A stretch of DNA of 64,000 nucleotides, taken from assembly GCF_009914755.1 (NCBI RefSeq), contig NC_060931.1; one strand, 5' to 3'. The DNA comes from the human T2T-CHM13v2.0 reference genome, Homo sapiens. The position numbers and the translations under genes are program-made. The notes beneath the pieces are model-generated. The model was not told where the DNA came from and did no database searches. It saw only the letters and a list, made by a program, of their open reading frames with translations. Shown piece after piece: positions 46,771 through 64,000 of this stretch. Position 1 is the first letter of the stretch, and each line of letters opens with the position of its first letter.

Positions 46771-48374
46771 GAGAGATTACCAGGTGCTGGAGGGAGGAAG
46801 AATGGGGAATTATCGTATAATGTTTACAGAATTTCTGTTTCGAATAACAAAAATGTTCCAGAACAAAAATGTTCCAGATATTGTGCATAAGAAATGATGC
46901 ACAACAATGTGAATATTTTATGTTATGTATGTTTTGCCATAATTTAAAAAAATTAATAATGTAATATACCAAAAGTTATTGCATGAATTGTGCACTTTGA
47001 ATTGTATACTTGAATTGTACACTTTAAATGTATGAATTGTGTGATATGTGAATTATATCTCAATAAAGTTGTTCTAAAAAATGCCAGCAGTGTTTTTGTA
47101 GAAATTGGTGTGCTAATCCTAAAATGTATGTAGAAATGCAAAGGACCTAGAATAACCAGAATAATCTTGAAAATTAGCAAAGTTGGGAGACATATATTAG
47201 TGAATTGCAAGACTTTCTCGAAAGCTGTAGTAATGAAGATGGTATGTATTGGTGTAAAGGTCCATGGGACGAGAAAGTTCAGAAATCAGGCCCCACTTAT
47301 ATAGTCAGTTGATTTTTGATCAAGATGCCAAAGCAATTCAATGGTGAAAAGAAGATCACTTCAACAAATAGTGCTAGAACAACTGCTTATCTCTATGGAA
47401 AAGATAAACCTCAACCCCTACCTCACATCACACAGGTGAAATTTTTTGAGATAAATTATATAACTGAATGTAAAAGTGAAAATTTCGGATAAAGCTCCTA
47501 CAAGGAAACATAGAGCATTATTTTTTAGGATACAAAAAGCACTATAAAGAAAAAAGTGACAAATTGGACTTCATCAAAACTAAAAACTTCACAAAAAATA
47601 CAAGCCATAGATGAGAGACAGTATTCACAATACCTGCACATATGGCTGAGAAAAGCTTGTATCCAGACTCCTACAACTCAATAATAAAAAGACCAAAACA
47701 AATTATTTAAAAAATGCACAATGACTTGAACAGCTGTTTTATAAAAGACCACATACAAATGCCAGTAAAATATGAAAAAGGGTTCAATATCATTAGTCAC
47801 CAGGGTAATGCAAAATAAAACTAAACTGAGATAGCACTATACATCCACTAGTTTGGTGAACATTAAAAGAACAAAAACAACAAACATTGGCAACTGGAAT
47901 TACCATATGTTGCTAGTTGGAGTCTTAAATGGTATAACCACTTTGGAAATTGATCTGGTAATTTCTTTTAAACTCCATGACCCAGCAATAACGCTGCTAG
48001 GTATTTTTGCAAGATAAGGACTTTTTCCATAATAGCCCCAATGACCCATCTTCTCCTAGAAGATACATTCTGCCTATCTGTTGATAGGCAAACTGTGGTT
48101 TGTCTCTTCACTTTGCTAAGTGAACAGATAAACAAATTTTGGTGTGTGGAAACAATGGAATACCACTCAGCAATAACAAGGAGAAAACTACTGATAGACA
48201 ATATCCAGCAGCTTAGATGAACCCCAGAAACATTATGATGAGCAAAAGAAGCCAGATACAAAATAGTGCATAGTGTCTTATTCCATTTATATGAAATTCC
48301 AAAACAGGCAAAAACTAATTTATGGGACAAGAAATCATAACATTGGTTGCCTGGGTTATTAGGATGGGTGTTGA

Positions 48375-48722
<348 letters not shown>

Positions 48723-48868
48723 TAGGGTGATGAGAATGATCTATATCTTGCTAGTGGTATGGGTTATATGCGTGGGCATTTGTCATAACTCATCAGACTG
48801 CCCACTTATAATCTGCTCATTTCCCAGTATGTAAATTATTTTAAAAGTTAAGAAAAACATGTTCTCAG

Positions 48869-49178
48869 GGGCCGAGTGTGGTGGCTCACTCCTGTAATTC
48901 TGGCACTTTGGGAAGCCTAGGTAAGTTCATCCCTTCAACCCAGTAGTTCAAGGCCAGCCTGGGCAACATGGTGAAACCCTATCTCTATAATTAAAAAAAA
49001 AAAAAAAAAAAAAAAAAAGCCATTCATGGTGGTATATGCCTATAGTTCCAGGTACTCAGGAGGCTGAAGTGGGAGGATCACTTGAGCCCAGGAGGTTGAG
49101 ATTGCAGTGAGCTGTGATTGCACTACTGCATTCCTTTCTGGGAGACAGAGCGAAATCTTGTCTCAAAAAAGAAAAAAG
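48869..49178 (+). mobile_element. AluJ-like with an expanded A26 middle linker
   Basis: Alu arms, A-run at 48993-49018. Confidence 0.88.
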
Positions 49179-49674
49179 TTATCAGGAATGACAGGATTAA
49201 AACAGCAAGTTGGCATTCCAATCCAGTTCAAATAGCCAGATCAAAACAGCAAGTTCAAGACTTGAAGAATGCCCACAAATCAGAAAATTCACAAAGAAAT
49301 GATAGAAAACATACAAAGGATATGACTAGGTAACTCACAAATGAGGAAATACAAATGGCTAAAAGGGGTAGGCAGGGGCTGGTGAGCAGCATTTCATAAG
49401 TTTACCGGCCACTCAAGAGTTTTCCTCCAGGTATTGCTTGTTCATAGTTTATATCATTTTTCTCTTGGGTTGGTTATCTTTTTCTTTTCAACTATAGATA
49501 CATTGGTTATATGAGTAGCAAATAGCTTTTCTTAGATGGTGGTTTGTATTTTCACTTTGTATGTCATTCTTTTGTTGTGTTTTAAATTTTAATTTAATCA
49601 AATGGAATCCACCTTTTGGTGATTAGTGCTTGTGTTTAGTTTAGAAACAGAATTCCCTATTCAAATATCACTAA

Positions 49675-50044
<370 letters not shown>

Positions 50045-50320
50045 ATCTTTAAGTCTTTAAACCATCTGGAAGTTGTGTATGGGATGTAATTTGGGTTAAT
50101 TTTATCTTTTTCCTTATGAATAGCCACTTGTCTTGGAATCATTCAGGCTATTCTTTTCCTGTAATTTAATAGCAGCAGCACCATCATATATAAATGATTT
50201 TAACTCTAGGTCCTCTCTTCTATTCATTTGCCTAATTGTCTCTCTGGACCAATATCACACTATTAGGAGGTCTCAGGGTCTGCTGAGATTTGCCCCCTCC
50301 CCTGCACCTACAAATAAATG

Positions 50321-50660
50321 CAGTTGGCCCTCCATATCTGTGGGTTGCACTTAAATGGAGTCAGCCAACCCGGGATAAAAAGAATGTGGGCAAAAAAATT
50401 TCACGAAGTTCCAAAATGCAAAACTTGAATTTTTTCTGAGCCAAGTACTACGTTGAATGCACGCAAATGAAGTGATGTGTAGGTATTGTATTGGGCATTA
50501 TAAGTAATTTATAAATGATTTAAAATGTACGGGAGGATGCGCATAGGTTACATGCAAATGCTGGTCCATTTTACATAAGGGACTTCTGAGCATCTTCAGA
50601 TTTTGATACCTGCCAGGGTCCTGGAACTAATCCCCCACAGATACCAGGGTTTGACTATAT
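50321..50660. mobile_element. MER2-type (Tigger/TcMar) DNA transposon
   Basis: cagttggccctccatatctgtggg ... atcccccacagatacc...gact termini. Internal ataggttacatgcaaat. Confidence 0.8.
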
Positions 50661-51433
50661 AGTGTTTTCCTTTAAAATTGTGTTCGCTATTCTTGTTCCT
50701 TTAATCTTCTGTATGAATTTAAGGATCATCTTTTCTATTTTGAGAAATACCTTATTAGAATATTTATTGAAATTATACTGAATTTATAGACTGACTTTGG
50801 GAGAAATCGCTGTCACTACAAAATTTCATCTTCCTACCAATGAATATAGTTTATCTTTCTGCCTACTCCTATGTTCTTCAATAAAGTTTTACAATTTTGT
50901 TATAAAATACAAGGTACCTAGGAATAAATTTACAATTTTATTGTAAAACTTTTGTTTTACAATATTACTTCCACCTATTACTATGTTCTTCCATAAAGTT
51001 TTACAATAAAATTGTAAACTTATTCCTAGGTACCTTGTATTTTATTGCTGCCATTAAAGAATGTATCTTTTGGAAAATTACATTTTCTAATTTTTGTTGC
51101 TATTGAATTTGTTAATATACCTGTTTTGGATTCAACAACCTTGACAAACTCTTATTTGTAGTAGTTTATAGGTTCCTTTGTATTTCGTATTTTTTACTTT
51201 CTAATCTTTATAAATTTTATTTCTTTTTCTTGTCTTATATAAGCAAAAAGGTTTTATACAATGCTGAATAGAAGTGGCCATAGAAGATAATCTTATTGTG
51301 TTCCTAATCTGAAATGGAATGCTTTCAACATTTCATAATTACATACAATTTTTGCTATAGGTTCTTTGGTAGCTGCCATTTACCAGGCTAAATAAGTTGC
51401 TTTCTCCATCTAGTTTACTAGTGATATTAATTA

Positions 51434-51808
<375 letters not shown>

Positions 51809-52990
51809 TTAAACCAACTAATATGGTAAATCTCATTAAGAGATTTTCTAACTTTAACCATCCTTGCATTCCTAGGTTGAATCCAATTTGGTAATGGTGT
51901 ATTTTTAATAGACATTTCTGGAATCAGTTGCCTACTGTTTTATTTAGGATTTTTGCATCTATATTTAGAAATGAGATTGGGCTTTAATTTTTTCCTTCAT
52001 ATACCATCCTTATCTGATTTGCCATCAGAATTGTTATACTTTGTAAAATGAGGTGGGCAGTGTTCCCTCATTTTATATTCACTGGAACAGTTTGTTTTAG
52101 ATAATGATTATCTGTTCTTCGAAGTCTGGGTATGACTGGTAAACCTTCTGGGTTTAATGGGTTTTATTTTTATCTTAATTTAATTTTATTTTTTTTAGTA
52201 TGGAGGGTAGATTTTAAAACTCCCAATTCAAGTTATAAATCTAACCCAAAAAATGTATTTCTTCTTGAGTAGTTCTGTTAGGTTGTATATTTCTAAGAAA
52301 CTGCAGTTTGTCTATGTTTTCAGTTTATTGATTATGGGTTTTAAGTAGAATTGTGCATAAATGACCCTGAGAACTTACTCTGTGCAGTCTGGACAAGATG
52401 CCTGCTAGGACTTGTTGCGCCTTCTCCTAGAGAGAGAGACTTCACCCAAGTTCAGCTTCCCACAGAACCAGTAGCTCCCTTCCTTTGTTCCTTTGGCAGG
52501 AGGGTCTGTGGCTTTCCACAGCACCCCAGGTGTGGGGCTTTCACAGCAACTCCAGTAAACAACAAGCAGTTAAATAGAAATAATTCATACTAAGCAGTCT
52601 GTATGCCTCCCACAAACAAAGTTAATTCTCATGGTGGCACTAGAAGAGCCTGGGGCTAGTGATACCCATGAAATGCAAACCCACTGAGGGTCTGGCTCAT
52701 CACCCTGGTCCTGCCATGATCCTCCGTTCAACAATGGGAGGACAGCGATTACATATCAAATGGTAGTTTATATACCGTTAGTCATCTCTAATTGTTCACT
52801 CTCTCTCTTTCTCTCTCTCTATAAAGTGCACTAAAGGTATGTCATGGTTGTTTTCACTTTTATTTTGGAATAATTTTAGATGTATAAAAAAGTTGGAAAG
52901 TTAACACAGAATTCCCATATAACCTTCACCCAGTTTCGATAATGTTGACATTTCATATGACTATGTGCATTTGTTAAAAGAGATTAACAT

Positions 52991-53615
<625 letters not shown>

Positions 53616-53689
53616 TAATAACTTTTTCCTGTTTTAGGATCCAGTACAAGATACCACATTGCTTTTAATGTCATCCTATTTAATTTTTT

Positions 53690-55130
<1,441 letters not shown>

Positions 55131-56222
55131 TATTTTAAATTTTTTTCATTTAATCACTTTTGGTTTTGGGATTTTATTTGTTGTTTCTTAGTTTTCTATA
55201 TCATTCATTTCTGTCTTATTTTTTAATTTTCTAGCTTCTACATTCTTGGGTTTGCATATTTGTTTTATAACTGTAAAAATGGACATTTATTTTATTACCA
55301 TTAGGACTTTTTTTTTTTTGAGACAGGGTCTCGTTCTGTCATCTAGGCTGGAATAGTGTGGCAGAGTCATCACTCACTGTAACCTCCGCCTCTCAGGCTC
55401 AAGCAGTCCTCCCACCTCAGCCTACCAAGTAACTGGGACTACCGGTGCATGCCACCACACCCAGCTAATTTTGTATGGAATGATACATTTCTCCGAAATA
55501 CCCTTGTAGTTAAGCAACACATGACTGTGTATAAGTATATATATTTTTTAAATCCATGAGTTTAAAAATAGACTCTCAGATATAAGACATAAAAAGCCAA
55601 CCATATGCTGTTCACAATAGGCATGCTTAAAATCTAATGATCTAGAAAGACTAAAAACAATGGAATGGCAAAATAATTACCAGGCAAATATTAATTTTTA
55701 AAATTGATGGCACAGAATTTTATAGCCACAACAGAGGCCAGAACACAGTGTAATTATGTTGATATCAGACAAAAAAGACTTAAAAAGTATTTAGGGATAA
55801 AGAAAGTCACTGCAAAATGAAAACATGAACAATTCACTAGGAATATTCAACAGTTCTGATTTTCTGTGCAACAACTAACGGCATAATTGACAGAAAGAGA
55901 TGGAAAAAATGAGCAAATTCACAGTCAGTATGGGGTAGACAAAAATAAAATATGAAAGGTTTGAACAAGACGATTTTCACGACTCAGCATATACCAAAAA
56001 AGTCAAGATTTTCTGACCACAATGTACTACAATTTGAAATTAGTTAACAAAAAGATAACTCCTTAAAAAAAAAAAACCTTAAAAATACTTCTAAATGATT
56101 CACATGTCAAAAAAATCATAAATGAAATGAGTACATACTTAGCACTAAAAGAGTGTGACTACAATACATAATAAAATCTGAGGGATGTAGCTAAAGCAGA
56201 ACTTGAGTCATTTGTGGGTTTA

Positions 56223-56598
<376 letters not shown>

Positions 56599-57582
56599 TT
56601 AACATATATGCTTGACTTAACAAGCCTAAAGTTTATCAGTATCTCTACCTTTCTCCTAAAATATACAAATAACCTTAGAACATTTTAACACCAGTCACTT
56701 GCCTCTTGTCTGACATGTTTTTGTCTTCTGATAGTTTTGTGCCTCCTTATGTCCCTCAAATTCATCATCATCATCATTACTATTAGCAGTAGGAGTGGTG
56801 TTTTCTACAGTCAGTGGTTGCTCTGGTTTACCCACATTTGCTATTTCTTTGGAGATCATTAGTTCTTGCTTTCTGCATCTTTCTTCTGGTTTTGATTTGC
56901 TCCTTCTGGAAGTAAAATGTTCCCATAGTAACATTTTCTGGAAGGGCCTATGAATGGTAAACTCAGTCTTTGCCTAAAAATGTCTTTTTTCTGCCTGACT
57001 TTTGAATTATAGTTTAGCTAGTTATAAAATTCTAGCTTATCAGTTATTTTCCCTCTATATTTTGAAGATATTTTTTCTGTTGTCTCTTGGCCTCTGACTA
57101 TTGAGTACTGTGCTGTCAACTTATTTTTTGCTTCTTTATAGGTAGTCTGTCCTTTTTACCTCTGGTGGCATTTAGGATCTTCACTTTGTTTTGTGGTCTG
57201 CAGTTTCCCTATTATGTGTAGTGTAGATTTATTTTCATTTCTTATCTTTGGTCTCAGTGCATGCTTTTATTCTGCAGATTCTTTCCTTACAATTCTAGTA
57301 GAGTCTATGTTATTATCTCTTTGAATACTACCACCTCACTATTCTCCCTATTACTGTTTCTGGAATTTCTATTAAATACATATTGGACTATCTCATTCCT
57401 TAGGCCTCATAACCTCCTTTTAACATTTTCCATCACTTCATCATATTGCTGCACTTAGCACAATTTCCTCAGATGGGACTTCTAATTTACTAATTCTCCC
57501 TTCAACTTCTTTTCAGCTTACAAACTTTTAGTAGCTAGTTCTCATTTCTACACATTCTAATTTGTTTCTGTTCAAAATATTA

Positions 57583-57944
<362 letters not shown>

Positions 57945-59110
57945 TAATCACTTTACATATATTAACACACTTAATCCTTACAATAACCCATTGATATAGA
58001 TACCATTAGTATACCTACTTTACAGATGAGGGACTTGAGGCACAGAAATATTAAGTGACACACCCAAGGTCACCCAGGTGGTGGTAGGTGATAGTGACGA
58101 GATTTGAACCCAGCACTTTAGCTTCAGTTTCTGCGCTCTTAGCTACCGTGCAACAGTGCCTCTCATGAGGTTTGTTCCGTTCTTGGTGTTTTAATTACAT
58201 CTTTTAGGGCTTTAATAATTTTAAGCATGTTTATTTTACATTCCCTTTCCAATTGTCATTCTATTATATGAAGTTTTAGGGTATCTTTTAGTGCTATTTA
58301 TTGTGTCTGCTGACTTTTAAGTCAGCAGGATTTTGTCCTCCTGCATTTCATTATTTGTGTTTGTGAGCTTATCTTTAAAGAAGGCTGTTTTTCTGTGAGA
58401 ATCCCCGTGGCCTGGGTTGTAAATGTGTCCCTCAAGAGCAGTTTTGCATTTGCCACAGAAAGATCACCAGATGTGGAACTCTTTTTTGGCTGTTTATCAT
58501 TTTGGGAGTCATTTATCATCATGGTTCCTGGACCATCTGCAAATTTGAACCTCCAAATTTGAGGTAGAAAAAGACCCTGAGAATTCATTTCTCAGAGGAC
58601 ATTTTTCCCCATCCAGACAGAGGCATATAAATTCTTTTTTGTCTCTCCGTGCCAGTGCATCGATGGTTCTCCTAATCTACTCTTTTCAGTGTGGGTGTAG
58701 CCTTTTAAAAACTGCTGCAGTTTTTTAACTAAGCCCAGCTGTGGCAGCATCCCACATCCTTACCACTCACTTCTCTCTTTGTTACTGACACACCTGGAGA
58801 CTTCCTTTCTCTGTTGCCAGTTCATTCATGCATTTAAAATAATTTTTGCTGTATTTTGTCAAGCATTTTAAGGCAGTATGGCAGGAGAGTTTTCAGACTG
58901 TTTCCCCACATCTTCTTTTAAGAAAGTTAGGAGTCTCATTCCACCCTTTAAAAAAAGTATGATGTTAATTATTTTCTCTTGGTAAGCCTGATTTAAAAAT
59001 TGGGGACATCCATAGAAGTGTTAGGAGGAAAATGCAAACTACTCATTGTACCACTACCTAAAAATGGCCATGTTTTAAATGTTTTCTCCTTTTTGTATTA
59101 TATGTGTTTA

Positions 59111-60002
59111 GATATACATATATACATGTATATATGTATGCATATGTATACACACATGTATACGTGTATGTAGACATATGTATACATATGTACACATACA
59201 CGTATACATGTAGACATATGTACACATGCACGTATACATGTAGACATGTATACATACATTTATACATGCACACATACATGTACACATACATGCACACATG
59301 TACACATACATGTATACGTGTATACATACGCACATACATGCATACACGTATACATGTATACATACGCGCATGCATGCATACACGTATACATGTATACATA
59401 CGTGCACATACATGTATACACGTATGCATGCATACATACGTGCACATACATGTATACACGCATGCATGTATACATGCGTGCACATGCATGTATACACGTA
59501 TGCATACATACGTGCACATACATGTAGGCACGCATACATGCGTATACATGCATGTATACATGCATGCGTGCGTGTACATACATGTATACATGCACACATA
59601 CGCATACATGCATGCATACATGTGCATGCATGCATGTATGCATACGCATACATACGCATACATACGCATACATACGTATACATACATGTGCGCATACGCA
59701 TACATACGTATGCATACGTATACATGTATACATACGCATACATACGTATACATACGCATACATACACGTATACATGTGTATACATATGTATACATACGCA
59801 TACATACACGTATACATGTGTATACATATGTATACATACGCATACATACACGTATACATGTATACATATGTATATACGTATACATGTATGCGTATACATG
59901 TACACGTATACATGCATACATGTATGTATGTATACATGTATGTATTCATACATGTATACATATATACATACACATATGTGTGTATGTATATATGTACTAT
60001 AT
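59111..60002. repeat. Complex alternating purine-pyrimidine repeat (TACA/TGCA/TACG/CATG units)
   Basis: Near-continuous RY alternation over about 890 nt, with an internal ~42-bp higher-order unit near 59757-59880. Confidence 0.95.
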
Positions 60003-61073
60003 AACTTGATTCATGTGTGAATATCTGTTTACATGTGCGATTTTTCACCTAATAGTGTATTGTATTTTTCTTACATCATTAAAATTCATTAAAGAACAAA
60101 CAACTGAAGAAAAACTTCTGCCTTAGAAGCTTAAGGATAAATGAGGGGCATCTTCTTGCATATATTTGATTAGCTGTTCTGCAAATCTACTCTTCTGCAC
60201 CTAGCAACCTAGAAATAAAAAAGGGAATAGCTGCACTAAGAGCCCTAGAATCCTAATTAACATTGTGCCGCTGATAGATGCCTTACATTTAAAGCAAGAT
60301 CATGTTGTTTCTCTCCCATATAAATGATTTTCATTGACTGTTCTGAATAACTTTATATTTCCGGTCTCCAATTTGCTGCAACTAAATCTTAGCTACTCCC
60401 CCATTCTGGCTTTCTTGTTGAAAATTGCTCTCTGAGCAAAACCTGGAATGTCTGAAGTCGTTCCCCAACACAGTTGCTAGAGATGGGCTGTGAAATAACA
60501 GAATTTAGCAGCAAGTCTCTCCACAGGCCAGTGTATAAAAAGGATCTGAAACCTAGGCTGGGAATGACAAGTATGCTAGAGGGAATGGCACTCCCCTGCC
60601 CGCCTTCCAAAAGCAGTTTGGCTTCAGGAGAGTGGGTGTGTGTTTCACTTGGTCTTGCAAATGTAGGTCTAACTTTGTCACCGCCTTTCCGTCTGCCTTC
60701 CAGCATCTGTGCCCAGTTGACGTAATGACTGTGGAAGGCAGATTGAACGTTATTAAGGAGACAGTCTGGAAATTGTGAGAGGCAGGCAGGGTCAAGGATA
60801 GAAAGCATTTTTGGGAGACTGGGGTTCTCAGCTCACAGTAATTGAGAAATCGATTCAAACTCATGCCATACAATGAAATTATATGTGTGTGTGCATTTCC
60901 TAGAAGTTACCCCATGGCCCTTCCCACTTAAGTTAGCACTATACAATGTCTTGGCCAAATGAATTTGAGTTCCAAGTTAGGTTCTTGAGACTTAAATTAG
61001 TTCCAAGTTAGTTTCTTAAAATTTGTAGTAGAAATAATAGCCTTAAAATGTAATTTATTAAAAATTAAATTTA

Positions 61074-61370
61074 GGGCCAGGCACGATGGTTCCTGCCTGT
61101 AAGCCTAGCACTTGGGGAGGCTGAGGTGGGAGGATTGCTTTAGCTCAGGAATTTGAGACCAGCCTGGGCAACATAGTGAGACCTTATCTCCACTAAAATA
61201 AAAAAATTAGCCAGGCATGTTGGCACACACCTGTAGTCCCAGATACTCAGGAGGCTGAGGCGAGAGGGTCACTTGAGCCCAGGAGTTCAAGGCTGCAGTG
61301 AGCCATGATCATGCCACTGTACTCCATCCAGCCTGTGTGACAGAGCAAGACCCCCCTCCAGAAAAAAATT
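61074..61370 (+). mobile_element. AluJ-like
   Basis: Alu arms with J diagnostics. Confidence 0.9.
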
Positions 61371-61621
61371 AAAATCTTTAAAAAACAACAGTTTTGATTT
61401 ACAACTGCCAGAATTTATGAGAAAAATAATTTTAAGTTTCAAAAGTTTAGTGTGCACACTAAAAAAATGAAGGCACAAAGCTTATGTTGCCAACAAGATA
61501 TTAGAAACAGAAGTATAACTACACAACTCTACTTCCTGTAGATTAAAGATTGCCAAGACTTTATTCATATTTTTATTTTTTAAAAAATTTAAAAACTGAG
61601 ACGTGGATTCATTTCTAACAG

Positions 61622-61639
61622 GGACACACAAATGTCTGA
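61622..61639 (+). CDS. PLEKHA8: Candidate distal alternative terminal exon, coding part (GHTNV* when joined to exon 17750-17811)
   Basis: ttcatttctaacAG|GGA CAC ACA AAT GTC TGA. A phase-0 join gives 459 aa, matching my recollection of a third isoform length. AATAAA at 61977. Confidence 0.65.
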   Translation, partial: GHTNV

Positions 61640-61976
61640 TGGTGGCCCAGGAGGGCTGTCACTCAGAATCAGGCGGGTGCAGAGTGGCCTGCAGGACATG
61701 ATGACCCAGCATGAGACAGGATGCATCACATCTGGGTGACGCCTCTCTCCAGGGGATCAGCCTGGACTAAATGCCTCTCCTGGGCCAGGATGCCCAGCAA
61801 GCCCCGAGATGCCTCCTGGAGAGAAGGAAGTATGTGAGAGTATCCTGAGTTAAGTGAGATCTAAAATGCCTGAGAAAACCCTGAAATGACTGAGTCTATC
61901 TGGAACTTATTTGATTGTTTTTCTGCCATCAGATAGAATGAGGTCTCAAAAGAGAAATTAAATTATATTACAAGAA

Positions 61977-62476
<500 letters not shown>

Positions 62477-63855
62477 TCTGAGGCCCATCTTTCTCCACGT
62501 CTCCCATTCATCTGACAGAATATAGTGGCATCAATGCCTAAGTTACGTGACACAGTTTTAGCCACATGCAGATTCTACCTTTCTGTATCTTGGCCTCATT
62601 CCCAAATTCTTGTACAAGAATCTGATTGGCCCACTTAAGTCCCATGTCTGTCTTCCTCCATTCAATCAATGGTGGCCTGAGGGGCATTGGCCCGTGGTAC
62701 AGACATGACTGCTGTGGGTTCATCACCTCGGGTCAGGGGACAGTTCCCAGGGAATTGGAAATGGCTGTGAGCTGGGAGGGCACCCCAAAAGATGATGACT
62801 TCTGAGTCACTACGGGACCTATCCCTCACTTTTCCCATCTAGAAAATAGAAGGAATAATATCTGTAATATTCCTAATTTTAAGTGAAGGCAAAGGGAATT
62901 AACATGTATTGACTTCTTTCCATGTAGGAATCTGCATCCTGAAAACAACCCTAAGAGGTGGGCATTTTAATTTCCTCCTTTTTAGATGAGAAAATTGATG
63001 CATGCGGAGGTTAAATCTCATAGCTAGTACATGAAAGCTCAGATCTAAACCCAGACAGAACCTGTGCTGCAGCCCCGGAGGCAGCTGTTATTAAGATTGA
63101 GATAATGTCTCAAAGCCGTGCATTACATTCTCAGCTATTAAGAAACTGCCGAGGACAGTATCTTATATGTAGTAAATGCTCCGAATTGGAAGTCTCATTA
63201 ATAAGAGCACTCTCCATTCAATTGCAGCAGAAGTCTTACCATCACAGTGTTTTGCTCACATTAATCCACCAAACACCTCTGGGAAGTGGGCACCCATCTC
63301 CTTTGGAGAGGTTTCTGCCAAGACACATTTTATTACAATGAAAAGGGAGATGAAAACAGCCGCTTATACCTGTTTTAACTGTAATTGACCTTCAGCCACC
63401 ATTTTGCTGCATCAGATTCGAGAGCTTCTAAAGCTTCCACCCTGCTTCATGTTGAGGTGTGAATTTGTCACCTTAGGAGCCTGTTGTCACAGTCTTTAGG
63501 ATGTATTTATGTGCTCTGATCTTCTGGCCTCCTGACACTAAATATAACTCTTTCTTATTGGTACTCAGCTGATATACACAACTCAGGCTCTTTTTGTGAA
63601 TGTTTGCTGAATGAGAGATTTGTTAACACCTACTGTATTCTCAGCTCTGAGAATATTAAACCTCTAAGATACAATGCAAGCCTCTGAGAGCAAACAGTCT
63701 TCTCTGTGCTATCAAAAAGCTAAGAACTTGGTCATTAGGGAAATGCAAATCAAAGCCACAATGAGATACCTCTTCATACTCAGTAGGATGGCTGTAATAC
63801 AAATAATTAAAAAAAAAAAAACAAAAAAAAAAACAGAAAATAACATGTTGGCAGG

Positions 63856-64000
63856 TGTTAAAAGAAAAAACTTTAGACAAATTAAATTTAACAGAGTTTA
63901 ACTGAGTAAATAACAATTTGAGAATGGGGCAGCCTCTAGAATCAGGGCTGCTACATGGTGGGCTAACATTTAAGGACAAAAAAGGGAAAGTAACGTACAA
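63856..64000 (-). mobile_element. ERV1-class LTR end (MER57/MER4-group-like), inserted in an L1M fragment and truncated by the window edge
   Basis: tgttaaaagaaaaaactttagacaaattaaatttaacagagtttaactgag. Preceded by the L1 motif gaaatgcaaatcaaagccacaatgagatac. Confidence 0.65.

Noticed and set aside
46846-47040. 16-bp tandem duplication and tgaattgt 13-14-bp repeats, superficially array-like
   Set aside because: Short slippage duplications in an L1 3' end with no unique spacers. A CRISPR-like reading is not plausible in this primate context.
59058-60048. Six or seven overlapping 90-301 aa ORFs rich in Y/M/H/T/C/V
   Set aside because: This follows automatically from RY alternation excluding stop codons. 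There is no splice or promoter context and no domain-like sequence.

Overview
Primate (almost certainly human) genomic DNA, rich in Alu, L1 and MIR repeats. The + strand carries the 3' part of PLEKHA8 (FAPP2). Five GT-AG exons (4563-4621, 5576-5706, 6351-6421, 17750-17811, 22271-22468) splice in consistent phase into the C-terminal GLTP (glycolipid transfer) domain. A ~5.9-kb Alu-free 3'UTR follows, ending near AATAAA at 28311. Two more candidate terminal exons lie downstream. One, at 33834, sits in an old L1 remnant and gives ...TALRNPTENT*. The other, at 61622, gives ...GVFAGHTNV*. Both would truncate the lipid-transfer domain. The largest transposon is a minus-strand L1PA4/5-like element (38184-42648) inserted into an Alu with a 16-bp TSD. 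It has a ~1.7-kb internal ORF2 deletion but an intact 5'UTR and an open antisense ORF0 pointing the same way as the gene. Other oddities are a 51-bp-arm near-perfect inverted repeat (50902-51045), a ~0.9-kb purine-pyrimidine alternating tract (59111-60002), a dispersed 61-bp duplication next to an exon, and two Alus inserted at one target site. I found no convincing wholly novel biological system. The best leads are the TE-linked alternative C-termini and the L1 antisense-promoter/ORF0 unit. Gene identity and repeat subfamily names come from recall, not database searches, and boundaries of old repeats are approximate.
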